From the NCBI GenBank assembly GCA_030524585.1, contig JAUNGJ010000002.1, positions 20,406-84,405 on the forward strand: DNA of 64,000 nt. Direction: 5' to 3'. The translations under genes and the position numbers were made by a program. Position 1 is the stretch's first letter, and every line of letters begins with the position of its first letter. Shown piece by piece: positions 40,974 to 48,703 of this stretch. The notes under the pieces are model-generated. The model was not told the origin of the DNA. It saw nothing but the letters and a program-made list of their open reading frames with translations, and ran no database searches. The stretch comes from Eubacteriales bacterium. GTDB taxonomy: Bacteria; Bacillota; Clostridia; Lachnospirales; Lachnospiraceae.

Positions 40974-41688
40974 TAAATCTGCGTATCAGGCAGCTGACTA
41001 CTCCGGCAAGGCAGAGTGTAAACAGCACGGAGTGCAGGGAACCATAGACCGCTAATGCTCCCTGCATTCCCTGGAGCGGCGCCGGTGACGCCGGGATAAG
41101 TCCTCCAAAAAGGCTGGACAGGAGAGAGCCCGTGTAGATAAAGAGAAAGGAGAACAGGCCCCTTCCTTTGTCGGCGGGATTTCCCCTGCGGACTCCGTTT
41201 TTACTGCCAAACAGAACAAGAAGAAATGTAATGATCTCAAACAGCAGTAAAAAGAGCGCCACGCCGGCATAAGCGCCGAGAATATAATTCTTTTCGTTTA
41301 CCGCATGCAGGATGTTTCCATAGGCGCTGTGGTTTTTCCAGAAAGAGAGGCCCAAAGTATATGTAATAATGGCAATCAGAATCAGCGTTGCGGCGCGAAG
41401 CAAAAAACTGCCGATCTTATAGATGGCCTTTCCTCCGGCTTTTGCTGTCTTGGCAGCGGGAGAAACCAGATTTGGCACTCCGTGTTTTTTCTTTTTCCTT
41501 TTCTCTTTATCCGAATTGCGGCGTCTGTCCGAAAAATCGTCATCTACCCCGTCATTATCCAGCTCTGACAGGCTGGAAAGTGCGTCCTGATAATCGTCGT
41601 CTTCCTCCTTAAATTGCAGATCAGACAGATCCTCCTCGTAAATCACTTCAAAATCATCGTCAAAAAAATCTTTATTATTTATACTCAT
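40963..41688 (-). CDS. Hypothetical membrane protein with an acidic, disordered N-terminus
   Basis: About 60 aa rich in D/E, then KEKRKKKK, then four predicted TM helices. I recognise no family. Confidence 0.5.
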   Translation of the reverse strand: MSINNKDFFDDDFEVIYEEDLSDLQFKEEDDDYQDALSSLSELDNDGVDDDFSDRRRNSDKEKRKKKKHGVPNLVSPAAKTAKAGGKAIYKIGSFLLRAATLILIAIITYTLGLSFWKNHSAYGNILHAVNEKNYILGAYAGVALFLLLFEIITFLLVLFGSKNGVRRGNPADKGRGLFSFLFIYTGSLLSSLFGGLIPASPAPLQGMQGALAVYGSLHSVLFTLCLAGVVSCLIRRFIIR

Positions 41689-41821
41689 AATTAATCCCTC
41701 CTAACGAATGGTTCCTATTCTATTCTGTTTATGAAGAAGAAACAAGAGATATCATAGAATGTTCACGAATAAATAAGATTTTCTTAAGCAGGAAAAAGAA
41801 GGAAAATATTAAAAAAAGATG

Positions 41822-41850
41822 TTGACAGATAGGAAAAGTAGGAATATAAT
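41822..41850 (+). promoter_or_regulatory. Consensus sigma-A promoter of the cysK operon with an embedded ACAGATAGGAAA box
   Basis: TTGACA (41822-41827), 17-nt spacer, TATAAT (41845-41850). The 12-mer ACAGATAGGAAA occupies 41825-41836. Confidence 0.75.
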
Positions 41851-41898
41851 CAAATAAACACATAAAACATATCAAAATAGTAGGAAAAGGAGAAGCGT

Positions 41899-42831
41899 AT
41901 GTCTAATATTTATAAAGGAACACTCGGATTAATTGGAAATACACCTCTGGTAGAGGCAGTCAACGTGGAGAGAGATTTGGAACTGGAGGCAACCATTCTG
42001 GTGAAGCTGGAATATTTCAACCCGGCAGGAAGCGTGAAGGACAGAATTGCCAAGGCAATGATTGAGGACGCAGAGGAGAAGGGAATTTTAAAGGAAGGTT
42101 CTGTAATTATAGAGCCTACGTCAGGAAATACGGGCATCGGTCTGGCAGCGATTGCAGCAGCAAAGGGATATCGAATTATTCTCACTATGCCGGAGACGAT
42201 GAGTGTTGAGAGAAGAAACATTCTGAAGGCCTATGGAGCTGAACTGGTATTGACAGAAGGCGCCAAGGGAATGAAGGGCGCAATTGCCAGAGCAGAAGAG
42301 CTGGCTAAGGAAATTCCGGGAAGCTTTATCCCCGGGCAGTTTGTGAATCCGGCCAATCCGGCAATTCACAGAAGCACAACCGGACCTGAGGTCTGGAACG
42401 ATACCGATGGAAAGGTAGACTACTTTGTGGCAGGTGTAGGAACCGGTGGAACGCTGACCGGTGTCGGCGAATATCTGAAGGCTCAGAATCCGGAGGTAAA
42501 GATTGTCGCAGTAGAGCCGGCTGGCTCTCCGGTGCTCTCGGAAGGAAAGGGCGGTCCTCATAAGATTCAGGGTATCGGAGCCGGATTTGTACCGGATGTA
42601 CTGAATACAGAGATTTATGATGAGATTATTAAAGTGGAAAATGAAGATGCATTTGCAGCAGGAAAGATCCTTGCAAAGAAGGAAGGCGTATTGGTTGGAA
42701 TTTCTTCCGGAGCAGCACTGCATGCAGCAATTCAGCTGGCAAAACGTCCGGAGAATAAAGGAAAAACTATTGTAGCGCTGCTCCCGGATACCGGTGACAG
42801 ATACTACTCTACTCCACTCTTTACAGAATAA
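41899..42831 (+). CDS. cysK: Cysteine synthase A (O-acetylserine sulfhydrylase)
   Basis: PLP-lysine motif [15 protein letters not shown] loop and GISSGA motif; 310 aa. Confidence 0.92.
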   Translation: MSNIYKGTLGLIGNTPLVEAVNVERDLELEATILVKLEYFNPAGSVKDRIAKAMIEDAEEKGILKEGSVIIEPTSGNTGIGLAAIAAAKGYRIILTMPETMSVERRNILKAYGAELVLTEGAKGMKGAIARAEELAKEIPGSFIPGQFVNPANPAIHRSTTGPEVWNDTDGKVDYFVAGVGTGGTLTGVGEYLKAQNPEVKIVAVEPAGSPVLSEGKGGPHKIQGIGAGFVPDVLNTEIYDEIIKVENEDAFAAGKILAKKEGVLVGISSGAALHAAIQLAKRPENKGKTIVALLPDTGDRYYSTPLFTE

Positions 42832-42865
42832 CAGAATAAAAATATAGAAGAATGAGGTATCTATT

Positions 42866-44176
42866 ATGGGCGAGAAAATCACAAGAGAAAACAGGAAATT
42901 TAAATTTGAAACATTACAGCTGCATGTTGGTCAGGAGAAGCCGGATCCGGTAACCGATGCCAGAGCAGTGCCGATTTATCAGACTTCATCCTATGTATTC
43001 CGCAACAGCGATCATGCGGCAGCACGTTTCGGTCTGGCGGATGCGGGAAATATTTATGGACGTCTTACAAATCCTACGGAGGATGTATTTGAGCAGAGAA
43101 TTGCGGCCCTGGAGGGCGGCGTGGCAGCGCTTGCCGTAGCATCAGGAGCAGCAGCGATCACCTATACCATCGAGAATCTGGCCCAGAATGGCGACCATAT
43201 TGTATCCGCTAAAAATATTTACGGAGGTTCCTATAATCTGCTGGCGCACACACTTCCACAGTATGGCATTCAGACAACATTTGTAGACATCTTTAATTAT
43301 GATGAGGTGGAAGCGGCAATTCAGGATAACACAAAGGCAGTTTTCATCGAAACTCTTGGCAATCCGAATTCGGACGTAGTAGATATTGAAGCCATTGCTG
43401 AAATAGCACATAAGCACAAAATTCCGCTTGTAATTGATAATACCTTTGCAACTCCATATCTGGTGCGTCCAATTGAATATGGAGCTGACATTGTGGTACA
43501 TTCCGCAACGAAATTTATCGGAGGACACGGCACGACGATTGGTGGTGTGATTATTGATTCCGGTAAATTTGACTGGGAAGCATCCGGAAAATTCCCGTCC
43601 TTAACCGAGCCGAATCCAAGCTATCACGGAATCAGCTTTACAAAGGCAGTAGGAGCGGCGGCATTTGTAACAAAGATTCGCGCGATCCTTCTGAGAGATA
43701 CCGGAGCGACGATTTCACCTTTCCATGCATTTATCTTCCTGCAGGGTCTGGAGACGCTTTCACTGAGAGTAGAGCGTCATGTGGAGAATGCGCTGAAGGT
43801 AGTAGAATATTTGAATAACCATCCACAGGTAGAAGCAGTACATCATCCGGCAGTAACTGCGGATGAAAGCCAGCAGGAACTGTATAAGAAGTATTTCCCG
43901 AATGGCGGAGGCTCCATCTTTACATTTGAGATCAAAGGGGATGCCCAGAAAGCGAAGGATTTTATCGATAATCTTGAGCTGTTCTCACTGCTTGCAAATG
44001 TAGCTGACGTGAAGTCCCTTGTGATTCATCCGGCTACCACCACACACAGCCAGTGCACGGAGGAAGAGCTGTTAGACCAGGGAATTAAGCCGAATACAGT
44101 GCGTCTCTCCATTGGAACAGAGAATATTGATGATATTATTCAGGATCTGGAAGAGGCATTCAAGGCAGTGCAGTAA
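42866..44176 (+). CDS. O-acetylhomoserine (O-acetylserine) sulfhydrylase, MetY/CysD-type
   Basis: N-terminus [11 protein letters not shown]...[15 protein letters not shown]-lysine context [10 protein letters not shown]. 436 aa. Confidence 0.88.
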   Translation: MGEKITRENRKFKFETLQLHVGQEKPDPVTDARAVPIYQTSSYVFRNSDHAAARFGLADAGNIYGRLTNPTEDVFEQRIAALEGGVAALAVASGAAAITYTIENLAQNGDHIVSAKNIYGGSYNLLAHTLPQYGIQTTFVDIFNYDEVEAAIQDNTKAVFIETLGNPNSDVVDIEAIAEIAHKHKIPLVIDNTFATPYLVRPIEYGADIVVHSATKFIGGHGTTIGGVIIDSGKFDWEASGKFPSLTEPNPSYHGISFTKAVGAAAFVTKIRAILLRDTGATISPFHAFIFLQGLETLSLRVERHVENALKVVEYLNNHPQVEAVHHPAVTADESQQELYKKYFPNGGGSIFTFEIKGDAQKAKDFIDNLELFSLLANVADVKSLVIHPATTTHSQCTEEELLDQGIKPNTVRLSIGTENIDDIIQDLEEAFKAVQ

Positions 44177-44193
44177 TAGTGCGTGGGGTAATC

Positions 44194-44640
44194 ATGAAGC
44201 TTTCAAAAAAGTGCAGGTATGGACTCAGGGCTTTGATCGATCTGTCTGCAAATGCTGGGAATGAATACATGGTGCTGGGAAATATCGCGGAGCGAAATGG
44301 TGTCTCTCCACAATATCTGGAACAGGTATTTGCCAGTCTCCGAAGAGCGGGGATCGTAAAAGGAATCAAAGGCTCACAGGGAGGCTACCGGCTGAATATA
44401 GATCCGGGAGAACTTACGGTTTCGGAGATTCTGGAGGCTCTGGACGGCAGTTATCAGATTGACGCAGAGGAGACTCCGGATGACAGTCATGGCCGTGGTA
44501 TAGCAGACAGTATTCAGAATCTGGTGATTGATCAGATTAATGAAAAATTAAATCAGATATTAACGGGTATCACATTGAATGATTTGAAAAGGCATTATTT
44601 GGATTATAAAGAATACAATCAGGATATGTACTATATTTAG
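44194..44640 (+). CDS. Rrf2-family regulator, CymR-like (no Fe-S cysteine triad)
   Basis: N-terminus MKLSKKCRYGLRALIDL and ...YLEQVFASLRRAGIVKGIKGSQGGYRL. It lacks the IscR-type Cys cluster. Confidence 0.8.
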   Translation: MKLSKKCRYGLRALIDLSANAGNEYMVLGNIAERNGVSPQYLEQVFASLRRAGIVKGIKGSQGGYRLNIDPGELTVSEILEALDGSYQIDAEETPDDSHGRGIADSIQNLVIDQINEKLNQILTGITLNDLKRHYLDYKEYNQDMYYI

Positions 44641-44643
44641 TGG

Positions 44644-44671
44644 AAAGAGAGCCTTAGAGAGGCTCTCTTTT
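44644..44671 (+). terminator. Intrinsic terminator (probably partial)
   Basis: Perfect 10-bp stem AAAGAGAGCC/GGCTCTCTTT with a 7-nt loop and a short T tail. The next ATG is only 35 nt downstream. Confidence 0.65.
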
Positions 44672-44705
44672 GTAGTAAATTGGGGAAGGAAGGAAAAGAA
44701 CGGGT

Positions 44706-45851
44706 ATGGAGTATAGAATTGAGACGCGATGTATTCATGGAAAGGAACAGATGATCAAACAACATCCCTTTGGGACGGTCAGTGTGCCGATTTATCAGAC
44801 GGCAACCTTTTCTCATCCAGGTATCGGCCATTCAACGGGCTATGATTATTCAAGAGAAAGCAATCCTACGAGGAGTGAGCTGGAAGAGGTGGTTTCCTCG
44901 CTGGAGGGGGCCTTTGACACAGTGGCCTGTTCTTCTGGGATGGCGGCGGTCACACTCTGTCTGGAATTGTTTCACAGAGGGGATCATATCCTGTGTACCG
45001 ATGATCTGTACGGCGGTTCCGTGCGGGAATTTGAGACGGTTGGAAGAAAGCGGGGATTGGAATTTTCCTATGTCGATACTTCGGATTGGAAGCTCGCCGA
45101 AAGGGGGATCCAAAAAAACACCAAAGCGTTGTATATTGAGACGCCCAGCAACCCAACCATGAAGGTGACGAACCTATATAAAATGAAAGAACTGGCAAAA
45201 CAGCATGATCTTCTGCTGATCGTGGATAACACGTTTCTGACGCCATATTTCCAGAACCCTCTTGCCCTGGGGGCAGATATTGTGATTCACAGCGGCACCA
45301 AGTTTCTGGGAGGGCATAATGATACGCTGGCCGGATTCTTAAGTACATCCAGGGAAAGCCTGGCTTCTGAGATCCGTTATCTCTATAAAACGGTTGGCAG
45401 CAGTTTATCGCCCTTTGACAGTTTTTTATTGCTGCGGGGGATTAAGACATTGTCTGTCCGGCTGGAAAAACAGCAGAGCAATGCGTTGGAAATTGCCCGC
45501 TGGCTTCAGGATCATGATAAAATAGAGGATGTGTATTATGTGGGATTGCCGGAGCATCCGGGATATGATACAAACCTGGCCCAGTCCAGAGGATTCGGAA
45601 GCATGATTTCATTCCATACGGATACGCCGGAGACAGCGAGAAGGATGCTGGAGAAAATCCGGCTGATCACCTATGCGGAAAGCCTTGGCGGGGTGGAATC
45701 TCTTCTGACCTATCCTATGCTTCAGACACACGGAGATGTCCCGGCAGAGGTGCGGGAGAGGCTTGGTATTACGGATTCTTTTTTGCGGATGTCGGTTGGG
45801 ATTGAGAACATACAGGATCTGATCGAGGATCTGGAATATGCGCTTTCATAA
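44706..45851 (+). CDS. Cys/Met-metabolism PLP enzyme (cystathionine gamma-synthase / gamma-lyase / beta-lyase family)
   Basis: Motifs VPIYQTATF and the PLP-lysine context SGTKFLGGHND; 381 aa. Confidence 0.88.
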   Translation: MEYRIETRCIHGKEQMIKQHPFGTVSVPIYQTATFSHPGIGHSTGYDYSRESNPTRSELEEVVSSLEGAFDTVACSSGMAAVTLCLELFHRGDHILCTDDLYGGSVREFETVGRKRGLEFSYVDTSDWKLAERGIQKNTKALYIETPSNPTMKVTNLYKMKELAKQHDLLLIVDNTFLTPYFQNPLALGADIVIHSGTKFLGGHNDTLAGFLSTSRESLASEIRYLYKTVGSSLSPFDSFLLLRGIKTLSVRLEKQQSNALEIARWLQDHDKIEDVYYVGLPEHPGYDTNLAQSRGFGSMISFHTDTPETARRMLEKIRLITYAESLGGVESLLTYPMLQTHGDVPAEVRERLGITDSFLRMSVGIENIQDLIEDLEYALS

Positions 45852-45875
45852 ATGACAGAGGACGGAGGATAAGAA

Positions 45876-47039
45876 ATGTTTGATTTTGATACAACGATAG
45901 AACGAAGAGGAACGGATTGTTTAAAGTATGATTTTGCCAGAGAGCGGGGGATGCCGGAGGATGTGCTGCCCCTGTGGGTTGCCGACATGGATTTTGCCAC
46001 CGCGCCTGTGATTCTTGAGAAGCTGGAGCAGAGAGTCCGCCACGGAATATTCGGATATTCGGAGGGGAAAGAAGGATACTTCCGGGCTTTGGAGAGCTGG
46101 TATGAGAGACGGTTTGACTGGAAGGTTAAAAGAAGCTGGCTTGTGAAAACGCCGGGAGTAGTGTTTGCCCTTGCTACGGCTGTGCGGGCTTATACGGAGG
46201 CAGGAGATGCAGTGCTGATTCAGCAGCCGGTGTATTATCCCTTTAGTGAAGTGATTCTGGATAATGGAAGAAGATTGGTGAACAGCCCCCTGAAAATAGT
46301 GGAAGGCCGCTATGAGATGGACTTTGAGGATTTTGAGGCAAAGATCGTGGAAGAGAAGGTGAAGCTGTTTTTGCTTTGCAGTCCCCATAATCCGGCGGGC
46401 AGAGTCTGGAAAGAGTGGGAACTGAGAAAAGTGGGCGAGATTTGCCAGAAACACGGAGTACTTGTGGTCAGCGATGAGATTCACAGCGATTTTGTATGGC
46501 CTGGCAATCATCATCTGGTATTTGCGTCCCTGTCCCCGGAGCATGAAAAGATGACGGTCACCTGTACGTCGCCAAGTAAAACCTTCAATGTCGCCGGCCT
46601 TCAAATTTCGAATATTTTTATTCCGGATCCGGAGCTTCGAAGAAGGTTTCGGGAGAAGATGGCTTCGGCCGGATACAGTCAGCCGAACGTGATGGGACTG
46701 GCGGCATGCCAGGCTGCCTATGAGGGCGGAGAGCAATGGCTGGAGGAATTGAAAGGGTATATCTGGGATAATTATCTGTTCCTGAAGGATTATCTTGAGA
46801 AAAACATACCAAAGGTACAAGTCTTTCCTCTTGAGGGAACCTATCTGGTCTGGGTGGACTTCCGGCAAACGGGACTGACGGAAAAGGAGCGGCAGGATCT
46901 GATCGTAAATAAGGCGCATCTGTGGCTGGACAGCGGAGCGATGTTCGGAGAGGACGGGGAAGGCTTTGAACGGATTAACATTGCCTGCCCGAGGGCGACG
47001 CTGGAGCGGGCGTTGAGGCAGTTGGAGGAAGCACTATGA
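45876..47039 (+). CDS. patB: PatB/MalY-type aminotransferase with cystathionine beta-lyase activity
   Basis: N-terminus FDFDTTIERRGTDCLKYD, CSPHNPAGRVW and SPSKTFN (PLP lysine). Confidence 0.85.
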   Translation: MFDFDTTIERRGTDCLKYDFARERGMPEDVLPLWVADMDFATAPVILEKLEQRVRHGIFGYSEGKEGYFRALESWYERRFDWKVKRSWLVKTPGVVFALATAVRAYTEAGDAVLIQQPVYYPFSEVILDNGRRLVNSPLKIVEGRYEMDFEDFEAKIVEEKVKLFLLCSPHNPAGRVWKEWELRKVGEICQKHGVLVVSDEIHSDFVWPGNHHLVFASLSPEHEKMTVTCTSPSKTFNVAGLQISNIFIPDPELRRRFREKMASAGYSQPNVMGLAACQAAYEGGEQWLEELKGYIWDNYLFLKDYLEKNIPKVQVFPLEGTYLVWVDFRQTGLTEKERQDLIVNKAHLWLDSGAMFGEDGEGFERINIACPRATLERALRQLEEAL

Positions 47040-47656
47040 AAAATCCACTTCACTATCAATTATCAGAATATGACTGTGGACCCACGGCGATGTTGAATGC
47101 CATCAGGTTTTTGTTTGAACGGGAGGAAATATCGCCGGTGGTTATCCGGAATATTATGCTGTACTGTCTTGACAGCTATAATGATGAGGGCATTATGGGG
47201 AAATGCGGCACCTCCCATGCGGCCATGATGTTTCTCAGCAACTGGTTGAATGGATTTGGAAAGATCGGCCAGCTTCCGGTATCCAGCAGCTATCTTTCCG
47301 GCGAGGGCGTCTGGGTAGGAAAAGGAAGCCACATCAACGGCGCGCTGTGCCGGGGAGGCGTGGTGGTGGTGCGGCTGTTTTTTGACTGTGCCCACTATGT
47401 GCTGCTTACCGGGATTCGGGATGGGAAGATTCTGATGTTTGATCCCTATTATGTGGAAGGTGATCTGGAACAGCCAGGGGTGGTCCAGGTAGAGGATCAG
47501 CCCTTTTGGTATAACAGGATCGTGGATGTAAGCTGTTTTAACCGGGAGTCTACGGAGCTGTATGCCCTGGGGCCGGTGGAATGCCGGGAGGCGGTAATTA
47601 TTTACAATGACAATACAAAGAAAGAAGAGGAAGAGGCAATTGAGTATTTTATTTAA
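47036..47656 (+). CDS. Cytoplasmic papain-fold, peptidase C39-like protein
   Basis: Q-x5-C motif QLSEYDCGPTAMLNA (Cys codon at 47075-47077) and CAHYVLLTG (candidate His). No signal peptide or TM helix. The start overlaps the patB stop (ATGA). Confidence 0.55.
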   Translation: MKNPLHYQLSEYDCGPTAMLNAIRFLFEREEISPVVIRNIMLYCLDSYNDEGIMGKCGTSHAAMMFLSNWLNGFGKIGQLPVSSSYLSGEGVWVGKGSHINGALCRGGVVVVRLFFDCAHYVLLTGIRDGKILMFDPYYVEGDLEQPGVVQVEDQPFWYNRIVDVSCFNRESTELYALGPVECREAVIIYNDNTKKEEEEAIEYFI

Positions 47657-47679
47657 AACATACTATTTTGGTATGTTTT
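47655..47679 (+). terminator. Stem-loop / terminator
   Basis: 9-bp stem AAAACATAC/GTATGTTTT with a 7-nt loop; AT-rich. Confidence 0.5.
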
Positions 47680-47711
47680 AAATAAAATACAATGAAGTTA
47701 TACAGAGTCTG

Positions 47712-47739
47712 TTGACAAAAGATTTTTTCATGCTATAAT
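47712..47739 (+). promoter_or_regulatory. Consensus sigma-A promoter with an extended -10
   Basis: TTGACA (47712-47717), 16-nt spacer, TGcTATAAT (47731-47739). Confidence 0.75.
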
Positions 47740-47747
47740 CCTATTAA

Positions 47748-47759
47748 ACAGATAGGAAA
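47748..47759 (+). promoter_or_regulatory. ACAGATAGGAAA box (second copy); candidate CymR-type operator
   Basis: The 12-mer is identical to 41825-41836 and lies just downstream of the -10. ATAGGAA resembles the ATMGGAAT core of the B. subtilis CymR site. Confidence 0.35.
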
Positions 47760-47797
47760 GATATAGATAAGAAATAAAGTGGAAAGGAGAAGATAAC

Positions 47798-47947
47798 ATG
47801 ATGAAAAAGATACACAAATGTTTGGAATATATGTGTTGTTGCGGCGGTATGTGTACGCCTATGGCTGAATGTTGTCAGGATTTAATGATGCTTTCCATGC
47901 TGCAGATTTATGACTTCCGGAACAGAGAATGGACGCCGGGGTCATAA
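47798..47947 (+). CDS. 49-aa Cys/Met-rich small ORF (candidate leader peptide), absent from the ORF track
   Basis: My translation: MMKKIHKCLEYMCCCGGMCTPMAECCQDLMMLSMLQIYDFRNREWTPGS, with 7 Cys and 8 Met. SD AAGGAG (47783-47788) lies 9 nt upstream of the ATG. Confidence 0.6.
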   Translation: MMKKIHKCLEYMCCCGGMCTPMAECCQDLMMLSMLQIYDFRNREWTPGS

Positions 47948-47982
47948 TGCAGAAAAAAGGAATGGGATTCCGGAGAATACAA

Positions 47983-48009
47983 AGGAAGCATCACGCTTCC
48001 TGTTTTTTT
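47983..48009 (+). terminator. Intrinsic terminator / attenuator
   Basis: Stem AGGAAGC/GCTTCCT (47983-47989 / 47995-48001), 5-nt loop, then GTTTTTTT. The next gene's SD begins about 20 nt later. Confidence 0.75.
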
Positions 48010-48043
48010 GCGCAAAATTTACGGTATATGAGGGAGAGAGACG

Positions 48044-48703
48044 TTGGATATTGAATTTGTGACCGAATATTTGCCCATGTATGTGGAGGCTGCAAAGCTG
48101 ACGCTGCGACTGGGATTCATAGGTATTCTGTTTTCTATTGTGATTGGAATTATCTGTTCTCTGGTTGGATATTATAAGATTCCGCTGTTGAGACGGATAA
48201 CGGCAGTATACATAGAGCTGTCCAGAAATACGCCGTTGCTGGTACAGTTGTTTTTCCTGTATTTTGGACTTCCCAAGCTGGGAATCATGCTCAGCTCAGA
48301 GGGATGTGCGATCATCGGGCTCAGCTTTCTGGGCGGCAGCTATATGGCGGAGGCTTTTCGCAGCGGCCTGGAGTCCGTTGAAAAAAGCCAGGTGGAGTCA
48401 GCCCTTGCCATAGGACTGAGTCACCCTCAGGCGATGCGTTACGTGGTTTTTCCGCAGGCGTTGGCGGTATCCATACCGCCCCTTTGTGCGAATATCATTT
48501 TTCTGATCAAGGAGACCTCCGTGTTCAGTGTGGTAGCGCTTGCCGATCTGATGTATGTGGCGAAGGATCTGATCGGGCTGTATTACCAGACGGACGAGGC
48601 GCTGCTGATGCTGGTGATTGCCTATCTGATCTTGCTGCTGCCGGTTTCTCTGGCGGCGGGCTTGCTGGAGAGGAGGTTAAGGTATGCAGGATTTGGGAAT
48701 TAG
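48044..48703 (+). CDS. Polar amino-acid ABC permease (TcyL/YxeN-like)
   Basis: His/Glu/Gln/Arg/opine-family permease features, including the EAA-type loop ALAIGLSHPQAMRYVVFPQA. TTG start after SD GAGGGAGAG. Confidence 0.85.
   Translation: MDIEFVTEYLPMYVEAAKLTLRLGFIGILFSIVIGIICSLVGYYKIPLLRRITAVYIELSRNTPLLVQLFFLYFGLPKLGIMLSSEGCAIIGLSFLGGSYMAEAFRSGLESVEKSQVESALAIGLSHPQAMRYVVFPQALAVSIPPLCANIIFLIKETSVFSVVALADLMYVAKDLIGLYYQTDEALLMLVIAYLILLLPVSLAAGLLERRLRYAGFGN

Noticed and set aside
41690-41898. I looked for S-box (SAM-I), T-box or other riboswitch leaders upstream of cysK, metY, the transsulfuration genes and metN.
   Set aside because: The untranslated regions are too short, and I saw no conserved cores such as the T-box 14-mer or the S-box GAGGGA...GCAACC pattern. 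This is only a visual check; a covariance-model scan is still needed.
45921-46919. Long antisense ORFs in the track: 45921-46919 (332 aa), 29023-30051 (342 aa), 56849-57706 (285 aa), 42121-42882 (253 aa), 60867-61622 (251 aa), 12463-13044, 13189-13713, and many shorter ones.
   Set aside because: Each lies entirely opposite a gene with clear family motifs on the other strand. Their translations are low-complexity or rich in Cys/His/Arg with no recognisable motifs and no SD. They look like frame shadows of the real genes.
47798-47947. Whether the Cys-rich small ORF is a SCIFF-type (six-Cys-in-forty-five) ranthipeptide precursor.
   Set aside because: It lacks the conserved GGCGECQTSCQSACKTSC-like SCIFF core, and no radical-SAM maturase gene is nearby. 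The attenuator and C39-substrate hypotheses fit the local context better.
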